A DNA stretch of 64,000 bases from Puniceicoccaceae bacterium. Lineage in GTDB: Bacteria > Verrucomicrobiota > Verrucomicrobiia > Opitutales > Oceanipulchritudinaceae. Of the stretch, positions 18,980 through 27,562 are shown piece by piece. A program made the position numbers and the translations under genes. Where the stretch lies: the NCBI GenBank assembly GCA_040830765.1, contig JBFOMH010000001.1, forward strand, positions 1 to 64,000, in the 5' to 3' direction. Position 1 is the first letter of the stretch; each line of letters opens with the position of its first letter. The notes below the pieces were generated by a model. That model saw nothing but the letters and a program-made list of their open reading frames with translations, was not told where the DNA came from and searched no databases.

Positions 18980-20698
18980 TCATCGTGTCCGGCCCGCCCA
19001 TCGCATCAGCAGACTGACCCCTCCCAGGAATAATGCCAGCAGGAGGATGGCCAAACGGCCCTGAACTGGATTGGGAATAAAGAGGAGGCAAAGGACGAAA
19101 AGGCTGACTCCCAGCCCGATTCCACCAATTGTTCGCAGCTGGGAGAGGTCATTTCCTGCACCGACTTCCTTCTCGAAGTCGATCGGAGTGTGCATTTTTC
19201 TGAAAAACTCTGCCACCCGTGACCGGTAACCGGCATCCGGGGATTCACCAAGCAAGGCACTGAAGAAAAATGCCACCGTGCCCATGCCAAAGACACTGAA
19301 AAACTTGGTTTGAAAGAGCCATTCCTGGCCGAAAAGGGATTCGCTGAACAGGCCCATGGCCGACGGGACGGCCGCAAGGCCAACAGCAAAGAGAGCTGAC
19401 CATGAAGGCGTCTTGCGAATAAACATACCCCATACCAGGGGAAGGGCCATGGGCGTCAGCAAGAGGGTTCCTATATCAAGCATGATATCAAAGATGCCCT
19501 TGCCCTCGCCCATCGAGAAATACAGCGCCAGGGTGACGATACAGACGCCGAGTACCAGGGTGTACCAACGGCTGTAGCGGAGCAGTTCATGATCGTCACG
19601 TTGCTTCAGTCCAAACCATCGGCAGAAGTTCGGATACAGGTCCTTGATCATGATGGCCACGTTGTTGTTGAGGCCGGTATCCATCGAACTCATGGTGGCC
19701 GTGAGAATGGCCACGACAATCAGGCCAATCAATCCTACCGGTAGGAGATGCATGCTGACGATGGCATAGCTGGCCTCGGCCGGCTTGGCCAGGCTCAGGG
19801 CAAGGACCTCATCGGCAAAGAGCAACCGGGCGGTTATCGGCGGAAGGAACCAGAAGAAACATCCAGCCAGCATCATGACCATTGCCAGTAATGCTGCCTT
19901 GCGGGCTTCCCGGCCATCCTTGACCGAGAAGTAGCGCGGCGCGTTGTAGAGCGAATTGTAGACAAGAAACTGCTTCATGACCATGGCAGAAATCCATCCC
20001 CAGGTGAACGCGCCGGCGAATTGCTCCGGACCGTTGACGATCTTGAAATCACGGGCCAGGCCCTGCTCCTCAATGAGGTTAAACATTCCCCCAAGACCGC
20101 CCATCTCCCTCAAACAGAGAAAGGCCACTATGATGGTGATCGGCAGAAGAATCAGCCCTTGCAGGAAGTCCGTGGCCATAACAGCCCAGCGACCCCCCGA
20201 GGTTGCATAGACGACCACGACCACGCCAACCGCAATGATGACAATATGAATTTCAAACCCGAAGACTGCCGAGCAGAAGATTCCCAGTCCGTAGAGCTGC
20301 ACGGCCGCGTAGAGGATCCGCGTCGGGACTTCCATGAAGGCGTAGAAGCGCTGGGTAACGGGCCCGAAGCGGAGGCTGATGACCTCTGGAAATGTCGTTG
20401 CCCGCAGTTGTCGGAACCAGGGACCGATGAAAAGGAAGTTCAAAAAGAATCCAATGGAATTGCCGATGTAAATCGTCATCACGGAGAATCCCGACTCAAA
20501 GGCAACTCCCGCCGCTCCGGTAAAGGTCCAGGCACTGAAGACGCTCATGAAGGTGCTGGTACCGACCAGCCACCAGGTGCCCTTACACCCTCCCCTGAGG
20601 AAGTCACTGGTTCCAGTGCTGAACCGCTTGAAGATAAACCCGATCAGCACCAGGAGCAGCAGGTAGCCGAGGATGACGATGTATTCTATGGGGGACAT
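18980..20698 (-). CDS. Sodium:solute symporter family transporter
   Basis: FSAWTFTGAAG, GGRWAVMATDFLQG, ATMSSMDTGLN; many TM helices. Confidence 0.92.
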   Translation of the reverse strand: MSPIEYIVILGYLLLLVLIGFIFKRFSTGTSDFLRGGCKGTWWLVGTSTFMSVFSAWTFTGAAGVAFESGFSVMTIYIGNSIGFFLNFLFIGPWFRQLRATTFPEVISLRFGPVTQRFYAFMEVPTRILYAAVQLYGLGIFCSAVFGFEIHIVIIAVGVVVVVYATSGGRWAVMATDFLQGLILLPITIIVAFLCLREMGGLGGMFNLIEEQGLARDFKIVNGPEQFAGAFTWGWISAMVMKQFLVYNSLYNAPRYFSVKDGREARKAALLAMVMMLAGCFFWFLPPITARLLFADEVLALSLAKPAEASYAIVSMHLLPVGLIGLIVVAILTATMSSMDTGLNNNVAIMIKDLYPNFCRWFGLKQRDDHELLRYSRWYTLVLGVCIVTLALYFSMGEGKGIFDIMLDIGTLLLTPMALPLVWGMFIRKTPSWSALFAVGLAAVPSAMGLFSESLFGQEWLFQTKFFSVFGMGTVAFFFSALLGESPDAGYRSRVAEFFRKMHTPIDFEKEVGAGNDLSQLRTIGGIGLGVSLFVLCLLFIPNPVQGRLAILLLALFLGGVSLLMRWAGRTR

Positions 20699-20719
20699 GT
20701 TTTCCTGTTGTTAAGGGAA

Positions 20720-22057
20720 TTAAATAGGGAGTGTTGACCGGTCTTTGGCCATCCAAAGTCCAAGGGCAGGATCCTTGATGAAAAACAAATCTTCTTCACC
20801 AATCCGATTCCAGCCTTCAACCATTTCGGAAACTGGATACCGGGAAGCAGCTTTATCGTAGTGGCAGTATGAATACCCGACGCTTTCAACTTCATCCCGC
20901 GAGATACCGTCACCCGGACAATAGGTTATCGAGAAGCGGCCATTGCTGGTGCCTTTCATCAGGTGCCCGGCCGCAGACAGGTTTCTTTCGAGGTCGCTGT
21001 TTTCCGTGGCAGATGTCAGGGTCTTGTCCGTGCCCTTGTATCCATACTTGCGGATCAGACGGTCAATTTCCGGATCTTCACCGAAGGTGGTCAAGCCTGG
21101 GGCGAGGACAATGAGTTCCCCTCCGTCAGCCATGGCCATGCAGGTCCGATAGATGGCCTTGTTGCCAAGCCACGTGCTTTTGTACTTGTCGGGGTTCAAG
21201 TAGACGATGCACTTATCCACGGGTCGCTCAAGATGGGTAATATTGACGGCCTGGCTCAATTCGCAGGCCCGGGAGTAGGTTTCAAGGTCATTACCGATGA
21301 AGAGTCCCCGCAGTGCCGGTTTGCCGGCTTCTGATCCGACAACCGACATGATGAAGGTAATGTTTACCTTGTCCCGAACAAAGCGATCGAATCCTTTGTT
21401 GAGGGCTTCACGTACCGGGGTCAGGGTCTTGCCGATGATATTCTCCATCCTGCAGACCGCACCCATGAAGTGGGTCTTGTTAATGGTGTCCCCTCCCCCT
21501 GTTCCCACGAGAATGTTTTTGGTGTAGTTGGCCATGCCGATGACTTCATGGGGAACGACCTGGCCTATGGAGACAATCAGGTCGTACTCGCCATCCAGGA
21601 GTTCCCGGTTGACCCCTATGTCTATCGGGAAATCGAGCCTGCCGCCCGATAATTCTTCAACCTCGGATCCCTCAAGTTGACCAAGGACTATCAAACTGTT
21701 GCGCCAGTCATGCACCAGGAAGACATCCAGGGGAATGGATTGCCCAAACATTTTCCGGAGCTCATCTTCCGACATCGGCAAATGGGTACCAAGGGCCGGC
21801 ATTATCCTGACATGGGCCTGCTCCTTGTAATGATGGTAAAGAAAGGCAGTGATCTCCCCTGCCCGGGAATTCAGCCGCGTGATGTCGGGAGGAATCAACA
21901 AAAGTCGCTTCACGCCCGGGTGTTGCCTGACAAATGTCTCAAGGTGTTCCTCGAGCTGCTCCTTGGTGATGCAGGCTTGCGGCCCTCCCCACGCCAAGGG
22001 CTCCGAAGGCCGTTCTTTGTCTGCGGGCATTTGACTGGATGTTGCTTCCTTCGTCAT
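20720..22057 (-). CDS. LarA (lactate racemase)-family alpha-hydroxy acid racemase/epimerase
   Basis: PDITR, ALGTH, VHDW, VVPHEVIGMANYTKN and KTH match the LarA family motif pattern. Confidence 0.82.
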   Translation of the reverse strand: MTKEATSSQMPADKERPSEPLAWGGPQACITKEQLEEHLETFVRQHPGVKRLLLIPPDITRLNSRAGEITAFLYHHYKEQAHVRIMPALGTHLPMSEDELRKMFGQSIPLDVFLVHDWRNSLIVLGQLEGSEVEELSGGRLDFPIDIGVNRELLDGEYDLIVSIGQVVPHEVIGMANYTKNILVGTGGGDTINKTHFMGAVCRMENIIGKTLTPVREALNKGFDRFVRDKVNITFIMSVVGSEAGKPALRGLFIGNDLETYSRACELSQAVNITHLERPVDKCIVYLNPDKYKSTWLGNKAIYRTCMAMADGGELIVLAPGLTTFGEDPEIDRLIRKYGYKGTDKTLTSATENSDLERNLSAAGHLMKGTSNGRFSITYCPGDGISRDEVESVGYSYCHYDKAASRYPVSEMVEGWNRIGEEDLFFIKDPALGLWMAKDRSTLPI

Positions 22058-23094
22058 TAGCAGGAATCCCGTTCAACGATTTCAAATCCAATATCCATCA
22101 CCGGGTTTTCCACCGGCAATCCGTCAATCCGCTTCAGGAGGGATTCAGCAGCATGGCGACCCATCGCCACGCGATCGAAGCGAATCGTGGTCAGCGCAGG
22201 GTGCATGTGAGCTGCGTAGTCCTGGTCCCCCAGTCCCATGAGTCCAATCGTTCCCGGTACCTGTATGCTTCTCGCATTCAGTTCGGCCAGTGCTCCCTGG
22301 GCCAAGGTGTCCGAGCTACAGGCGACAATGCCTTCCTTGAATCCCCGGGAAATAAGTTCAGCCATCCCTTCCCGGCCAAGGCGGAAACTTGTCGGTACAT
22401 CCACCTCGACCACCTCAATCTTTTCCATCCCCAACTTCTTCAGGCGCGAGGTCATTGCCGCCTGCCGGGTCTTTGCCCGGTCGTCACGGCCTGTCAGCAG
22501 CCCCACCTGTCGGCAGTTCTTGCGATAGAGAAAATCCGCCACAGCCTCACCAATCCTCTGGTGTGAAAATCCAACTACAATGTCCAATGGCCGATCCGTC
22601 AGGTCCCAGGTTTCCACTATCGGAATCCCTGTTGCCTTGAGCAGACGCCGGCAGTCGACGGAATGGTGGATGCCCGTCAGCAAGATTCCATCCGGCCGGC
22701 GGCTCATCACCGCCTCCAGCAAGCTCCGCTCCGCATCCCGGTCAAATCCGAATTCACCCAGCAGAATCTGGTAACCCGCCTCCTTCAACCGCTCCCCGAA
22801 CTCTTTTACCGTCTCCGAATAGACTGAATTCCCCAGCGACGGGACAAATGCAGCTATCAAGCGGCTTCGCCGAGAGGCAAGACCCCCTGCCAGCAGGTTC
22901 GGTACGTAGCCCGTTTCCGCAATCGCCTTCTTGACCCGCTCCCGGGTCGCCGGGGCCACCTTTTCCGGACGCTGCAACCCCCGCGATACCGTAATCGCCG
23001 ATCCTCCCGCCCGGGCACTGACATCCTCCAGCGTCACCGCCCCGCTCGCCCGGCTGGTCCGTTTTTTACCTCTCGTTTTCGTCGCCTCTCGCAT
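22057..23094 (-). CDS. LacI family regulator (gluconate repressor GntR-like)
   Basis: HTH VTLEDVSARAG.SAITVSR, GYVPNLLAGGLAS, PIVETWDL. Confidence 0.92.
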   Translation of the reverse strand: MREATKTRGKKRTSRASGAVTLEDVSARAGGSAITVSRGLQRPEKVAPATRERVKKAIAETGYVPNLLAGGLASRRSRLIAAFVPSLGNSVYSETVKEFGERLKEAGYQILLGEFGFDRDAERSLLEAVMSRRPDGILLTGIHHSVDCRRLLKATGIPIVETWDLTDRPLDIVVGFSHQRIGEAVADFLYRKNCRQVGLLTGRDDRAKTRQAAMTSRLKKLGMEKIEVVEVDVPTSFRLGREGMAELISRGFKEGIVACSSDTLAQGALAELNARSIQVPGTIGLMGLGDQDYAAHMHPALTTIRFDRVAMGRHAAESLLKRIDGLPVENPVMDIGFEIVERDSC

Positions 23095-23141
23095 CGTCTC
23101 TACCTGTCCCGGCAGGCCCAATCTTCCTGATCCCATTTCCA

Positions 23142-23169
23142 TTGACAAGCAAAATGTTAGCGCTAACAT
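23142..23169 (+). promoter_or_regulatory. Sigma70-like promoter of the gudD operon overlapped by LacI-type operator ATGTTAGCGCTAACAT
   Basis: TTGACA at 23142-23147; perfect 16-bp palindrome at 23154-23169 covering the putative -10 TAACAT. Confidence 0.8.
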
Positions 23170-23197
23170 CTAGAAAAATGAGGAAAGGCAATAAATA

Positions 23198-24538
23198 ATG
23201 GGAAAAGGCGAAACCCCTGAAGTGACGGGCATGCGGGTCATCCCGGTAGCTGGCGAAGACAGCATGTTGTTGAACCTGAGCGGGGCCCACGGGCCCTATT
23301 TCACCCGCAACCTGGTCATTCTGGAGGACAGCAGCGGGAAGATGGGGATGGGCGAAGTCCCTGGTGGCGAAGCGATCCGGTCTACCCTGGAGGAAGCGAA
23401 GCCATTGGTGATTGGGCGTGAGCTGGGCCATTACAACGACATCCTGCAGACGGTGGGCCGTCGTTTTGCGGAACGGGATGCGGGTGGACGCGGATTGCAG
23501 ACCTTTGATCTGCGGGTGACGGTGCATACCATTACGGGACTGGAAGCGGCCTTGCTGGACCTCTTGGGGCAGTATCTAGGTGTACCGGTAGCCGCCCTGC
23601 TCGGCGAAGGACAGCAGCGGGATGAAGTGGAGATGCTGGGATATTTATTTTATGTCGGGGATCGCCGCAAGACCGACCTCCCCTACCGTTCGGGGGCCGA
23701 TGAGACGGATTCCTGGCTGGCCTTACGGAACGAGGAAGCGCTGACACCGGAAGCGATCGTCCGGCAGGCAGAGGCGGCGCGGAAGCGTTATGGATTCAAT
23801 GATTTCAAGTTGAAGGGAGGCGTACTGGACGGGCCGGAGGAGATTGAGGCGGTCCGGGCGCTGGCGGAGGCCTTTCCTGAAGCGCGCATCACACTTGATC
23901 CAAACGGGTGCTGGTCCCTCGAGGAGGCGATTCGGTATTGCAGCGGTCTGGACGCGGTGCTGGCCTATGCGGAGGATCCCTGTGGAGCGGAACGCGGTTA
24001 TTCAGGCCGAGAGGTCATGGCGGAATTCCGGCGGGCTACCGGATTGCCGACAGCGACCAACATGATAGCAACCGACTGGCGGCAGATGGGCCATGCGATC
24101 AGTCTGCAGTCAGTGGATATCCCCTTGGCGGATCCTCACTTCTGGACATTGCGGGGGTCTGTGCGGGTGGCCCAGATGTGTCACGAGTGGGGATTGACCT
24201 GGGGTTCCCATTCAAACAACCACTTTGATGTCTCGCTGGCCATGTTCACGCATGCCGGTGCGGCAGCCCCTGGCCGGATCACAGCCCTCGACACCCACTG
24301 GATTTGGCAGGATGGACAACACCTGACACGAGAGCCCTTGGCGATCCGGAACGGGAAGATTCAAGTCCCGGATAAACCTGGCCTGGGTATTGAGCCGGAC
24401 CTTGAGGCTATCGAAAAGGCCCATCAACTCTACTGCGACAAAAACCTCGAAGGCCGGGATGATGCAAAGGCAATGCAGTACCTTGTTCCCGGATGGACCT
24501 TTGACAACAAGCGGCCTTGCATGGTCAGGAACGACTGA
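23198..24538 (+). CDS. gudD: Glucarate dehydratase (enolase superfamily)
   Basis: [55 protein letters not shown]. Confidence 0.95.
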   Translation: MGKGETPEVTGMRVIPVAGEDSMLLNLSGAHGPYFTRNLVILEDSSGKMGMGEVPGGEAIRSTLEEAKPLVIGRELGHYNDILQTVGRRFAERDAGGRGLQTFDLRVTVHTITGLEAALLDLLGQYLGVPVAALLGEGQQRDEVEMLGYLFYVGDRRKTDLPYRSGADETDSWLALRNEEALTPEAIVRQAEAARKRYGFNDFKLKGGVLDGPEEIEAVRALAEAFPEARITLDPNGCWSLEEAIRYCSGLDAVLAYAEDPCGAERGYSGREVMAEFRRATGLPTATNMIATDWRQMGHAISLQSVDIPLADPHFWTLRGSVRVAQMCHEWGLTWGSHSNNHFDVSLAMFTHAGAAAPGRITALDTHWIWQDGQHLTREPLAIRNGKIQVPDKPGLGIEPDLEAIEKAHQLYCDKNLEGRDDAKAMQYLVPGWTFDNKRPCMVRND

Positions 24539-24555
24539 AGCAGGAATTGAGAAAT

Positions 24556-25455
24556 ATGGAACTTGAACAGATTAGAGGCGTCATTCCCCCGATTGTCACG
24601 CCAACGGACGAGAAGGACCATGTAGTCGAAGAGCCACTACGGCGTATTGTCGACCACGTAATCGAGGGCGGTGTCCACGGGATTCTTTCCATGGGTTCCA
24701 ATGGCGAGTTCTTCGGACTTGCCCCGGAGCAGCAGGACCGTGCCCTGGCGATTACAATCGACCAGGCAAAGGAGCGCGTTCCTGTTTATGCCGGGATTGG
24801 GGCCATTTCGACACGGGAGTGCGTGGAGCGGGCACAAGTGGCGGAAAAGGCAGGAGCCTCTGCGGTAACAATCCTGCCCCCCATGTTCCTGAGTCCGAAT
24901 GATCAGGAACTCTATGACCACTTCCGCAAAGTGGCTGAATCGACCGCATTACCGGTTCTGCTCTACAACAATCCGGACCGCATGGGCACGGGAATCTCGG
25001 TAAGCCTCATGGAGCGGTTGTCGGACATCCCGAACATTGTCGGGGCCAAGGACAGCAGTGGTGACCTGACGCTGACCGCCGAGTTTATCCGCCGCACCCG
25101 GGACAGAGACTTCAAGGTCATGGCCGGGCGCGACATAATGATCCTCGGCACCCTCGCCTATGGCGGAGTCGGATGCGTTGCCTCGACGGCCAATTTTGCC
25201 CCAGGTATCGTTGTCCGGATCTATGAGAGTTTCGTCAAGGGTGACTTGCAGGATGCCCTTGAAGCCCAGTTCAAACTAGCTCCCCTGAGGATGGCATACG
25301 GACTTGGCAGTTTCCCGGTCGTGACAAAGGAATACATGAGTATCCTCGGCTTTGATGTCGGATCCCCGATTGCCCCCAATTCAGGGTGCACCCCGGAAAA
25401 TCGCGCAAAGCTGCGCCAACTGCTCCTGGAGGCCGGAATCCTGAACCATCCCTGA
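24556..25455 (+). CDS. DHDPS/NAL-family class I aldolase, likely acting on 5-keto-4-deoxyglucarate
   Basis: GSNGEF, LLYNNP and Schiff-base GAKDSSG motifs; lies between gudD and garR. Confidence 0.8.
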   Translation: MELEQIRGVIPPIVTPTDEKDHVVEEPLRRIVDHVIEGGVHGILSMGSNGEFFGLAPEQQDRALAITIDQAKERVPVYAGIGAISTRECVERAQVAEKAGASAVTILPPMFLSPNDQELYDHFRKVAESTALPVLLYNNPDRMGTGISVSLMERLSDIPNIVGAKDSSGDLTLTAEFIRRTRDRDFKVMAGRDIMILGTLAYGGVGCVASTANFAPGIVVRIYESFVKGDLQDALEAQFKLAPLRMAYGLGSFPVVTKEYMSILGFDVGSPIAPNSGCTPENRAKLRQLLLEAGILNHP

Positions 25456-25470
25456 AATTTAAAACGAGAC

Positions 25471-26367
25471 ATGAATATGAAGAAGATCGGATTTATCGGA
25501 CTTGGCATCATGGGGAAGCCCATGAGCTTGAATCTAATGAAGGCGGGCTACGACCTGGTTGTTTATGCCCGATCGCAGGATGTCAGGGAGGCCCTCGCAG
25601 CGGCCGGGGCGGCCATAGCCGATTCACCCAAGGCAGTCGCCGAAGAGGCGGATTGTATCATCACGATGCTGCCCAATTCTCCGGAGGTAAAGGAAGTGGT
25701 CCTCGGCGCCAATGGTATTATCGAGGGCGTTCGTGAGGGTTCCATCCTTATCGACATGAGCTCGATTGCCCCGCTGGCCAGCCAGGAGATCGCTGCCAGG
25801 CTGGCTGAGGCCGGTGCGGAGATGCTGGATGCCCCAGTCAGCGGGGGTGAGCCGAAAGCCATTGATGGAACATTGTCCGTCATGGTCGGTGGCAAAAAGG
25901 AAGTTTTCGACAAATGCTACGACATCATGAAAAGCATGGCCGGTTCGGTTGTCCTCACGGGTCACATCGGTGCCGGCAACACGACCAAGCTGGCAAACCA
26001 GATTATCGTGGCCTTGAACATCGCTGCCATGTCGGAAGGACTTGTTCTGGCCAGCAAGGCCGGCGTTGATCCCGACCTCGTCTACCAGGCTATCCGTGGC
26101 GGGTTGGCCGGCAGCACCGTCCTCGATGCCAAGGCCCCATTGGTAATGGACCGAAAATTTGATCCCGGATTCCGGATTGAGCTTCACATGAAGGACCTCG
26201 GCAATGCCTTGGAGACATCCCATGAACTCGGGGTTCCCCTGCCCTTGACCGCGGCCATTATGGAGCAAATGCAGTCCTTGAAGGTTGATGGCCTGCAGGG
26301 ACTGGACCATGGCGCCATTGTCCGTTTCTACGAAAAGTTATCCGGCGTTGAAGTTAAGCGTCAGTAG
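25471..26367 (+). CDS. garR: 2-hydroxy-3-oxopropionate (tartronate semialdehyde) reductase
   Basis: GFIGLGIMGKPM, DAPVSGGEPKAIDGTL, KLANQIIVALNIAAMSE. Confidence 0.93.
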   Translation: MNMKKIGFIGLGIMGKPMSLNLMKAGYDLVVYARSQDVREALAAAGAAIADSPKAVAEEADCIITMLPNSPEVKEVVLGANGIIEGVREGSILIDMSSIAPLASQEIAARLAEAGAEMLDAPVSGGEPKAIDGTLSVMVGGKKEVFDKCYDIMKSMAGSVVLTGHIGAGNTTKLANQIIVALNIAAMSEGLVLASKAGVDPDLVYQAIRGGLAGSTVLDAKAPLVMDRKFDPGFRIELHMKDLGNALETSHELGVPLPLTAAIMEQMQSLKVDGLQGLDHGAIVRFYEKLSGVEVKRQ

Positions 26368-26455
26368 CCTGAAAAACGGGCTTCAGACTGGCCAATGGCA
26401 GAGTGGCTTATCCGGTTGTACGGGTAACTAATCGATAGGCTTCGCTCCTAATCAG

Positions 26456-26523
26456 TGAAATAACCCTTATTTCATCAGAATTGAGTTATATCATCTTGTC
26501 TCAAATGAAATAAGCACTTGACC
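26456..26523 (+). promoter_or_regulatory. Palindromic operator TGAAATAA-CCC-TTATTTCA, plus an extra half-site and a -35-like TTGACC
   Basis: Palindrome 26456-26474; ATGAAATAA 26505-26513; TTGACC 26518. Confidence 0.55.
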
Positions 26524-26582
26524 CACCAATTCAGGGGAATAAACTTCGCCCCTAAATTACCTACTTTCACCTATAAAACCTC

Positions 26583-27479
26583 ATGAAGACCTATATCTGT
26601 ATACTCCTGACTACCCTTATCGCAACCAGTGCATTCGGCCAAACCATCCTTGTTGAAGACACCTTCTCAGACACGGACCGCATTGGCGGATTTGACGGTT
26701 CATCAACCGATTCTTCCGCTCCGCTGATCAGTGCACCTACCTCCTCCAACACCCAGTGGGTGGTCAACGGGACCAGCCAGATGGTAGCATCAGCCAGCGG
26801 CATGCTCTGGAACATGAACAACACTTCCAACCGTATGGCCATCGGATACTATCCCAATTTCACCGTCAGTTCGACCCCCATCAAATTATCTTTGTCATTC
26901 ACGACCGGTACTTACGGATTGAATCCCAACAATCTCCGAATGGCCATTTTCGATGCAACCCCCAGTGGCATCCGGGAAACGGACGGTTTCAGCAGCTCCG
27001 ACCCGAACTACGTCAATGACGTTGGCTATGGCATCTTCTCCGGCTCATCCAATGTTGGTGGCGGTTCCACTGCTGACCTCACGCTGAGGACTTATGAGCG
27101 GGTCGATTTGTCGAACAACTTACTCGGCAGCTCGGGGCAATGGAGTGAGCTAGACCGGTCCTCCGGAGCAACGGGTTACCTTGAAGAGAACACAGATTAT
27201 CTTCTGGAAGTTACGCTGGTCGAGAACGCCGGTGTCCTTTCCATCACGACCTCACTGACCGGCGGCAACCTGACCGGTTACGACTACACGGTGCAAGACA
27301 GCACGAGTCCCTACCTTGATTTCAACGCCTTTGCGATGCGCTGGGGCCAAGGTGAGTTGCAATTCAGCGATTTCAACCTGAACAGCTTCACAGTCGTTCA
27401 AGTTCCCGAACCGTCAGTTTTTGCGGCAATTGCCGGCATCTTCGCCCTTGGATTTATCTTCGTCCGACGGCGCAAATAG
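26583..27479 (+). CDS. PEP-CTERM sorting domain protein
   Basis: Signal peptide; C-terminal VPEPS + TM helix + RRRK. Confidence 0.95.
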   Translation: MKTYICILLTTLIATSAFGQTILVEDTFSDTDRIGGFDGSSTDSSAPLISAPTSSNTQWVVNGTSQMVASASGMLWNMNNTSNRMAIGYYPNFTVSSTPIKLSLSFTTGTYGLNPNNLRMAIFDATPSGIRETDGFSSSDPNYVNDVGYGIFSGSSNVGGGSTADLTLRTYERVDLSNNLLGSSGQWSELDRSSGATGYLEENTDYLLEVTLVENAGVLSITTSLTGGNLTGYDYTVQDSTSPYLDFNAFAMRWGQGELQFSDFNLNSFTVVQVPEPSVFAAIAGIFALGFIFVRRRK

Positions 27480-27505
27480 AATAAACAGTCCTGAGCAGAA
27501 ATTTT

Positions 27506-27540
27506 GCACCCGCCTTGGGATCCTGGGCGGGTGTACTTTT
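27506..27540 (+). terminator. Intra-operon hairpin / intrinsic terminator-like structure
   Basis: CACCCGCC...GGCGGGTG followed by TACTTTT. Confidence 0.55.
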
Positions 27541-27562
27541 AAAAGGAGTTCAAGGAGAGCGC

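Noticed and set aside
23095..23169. Longer N-terminus of the LacI regulator as given in the ORF track
   Set aside because: That start lies inside the operator/promoter palindrome; ATG 23094 is more plausible.
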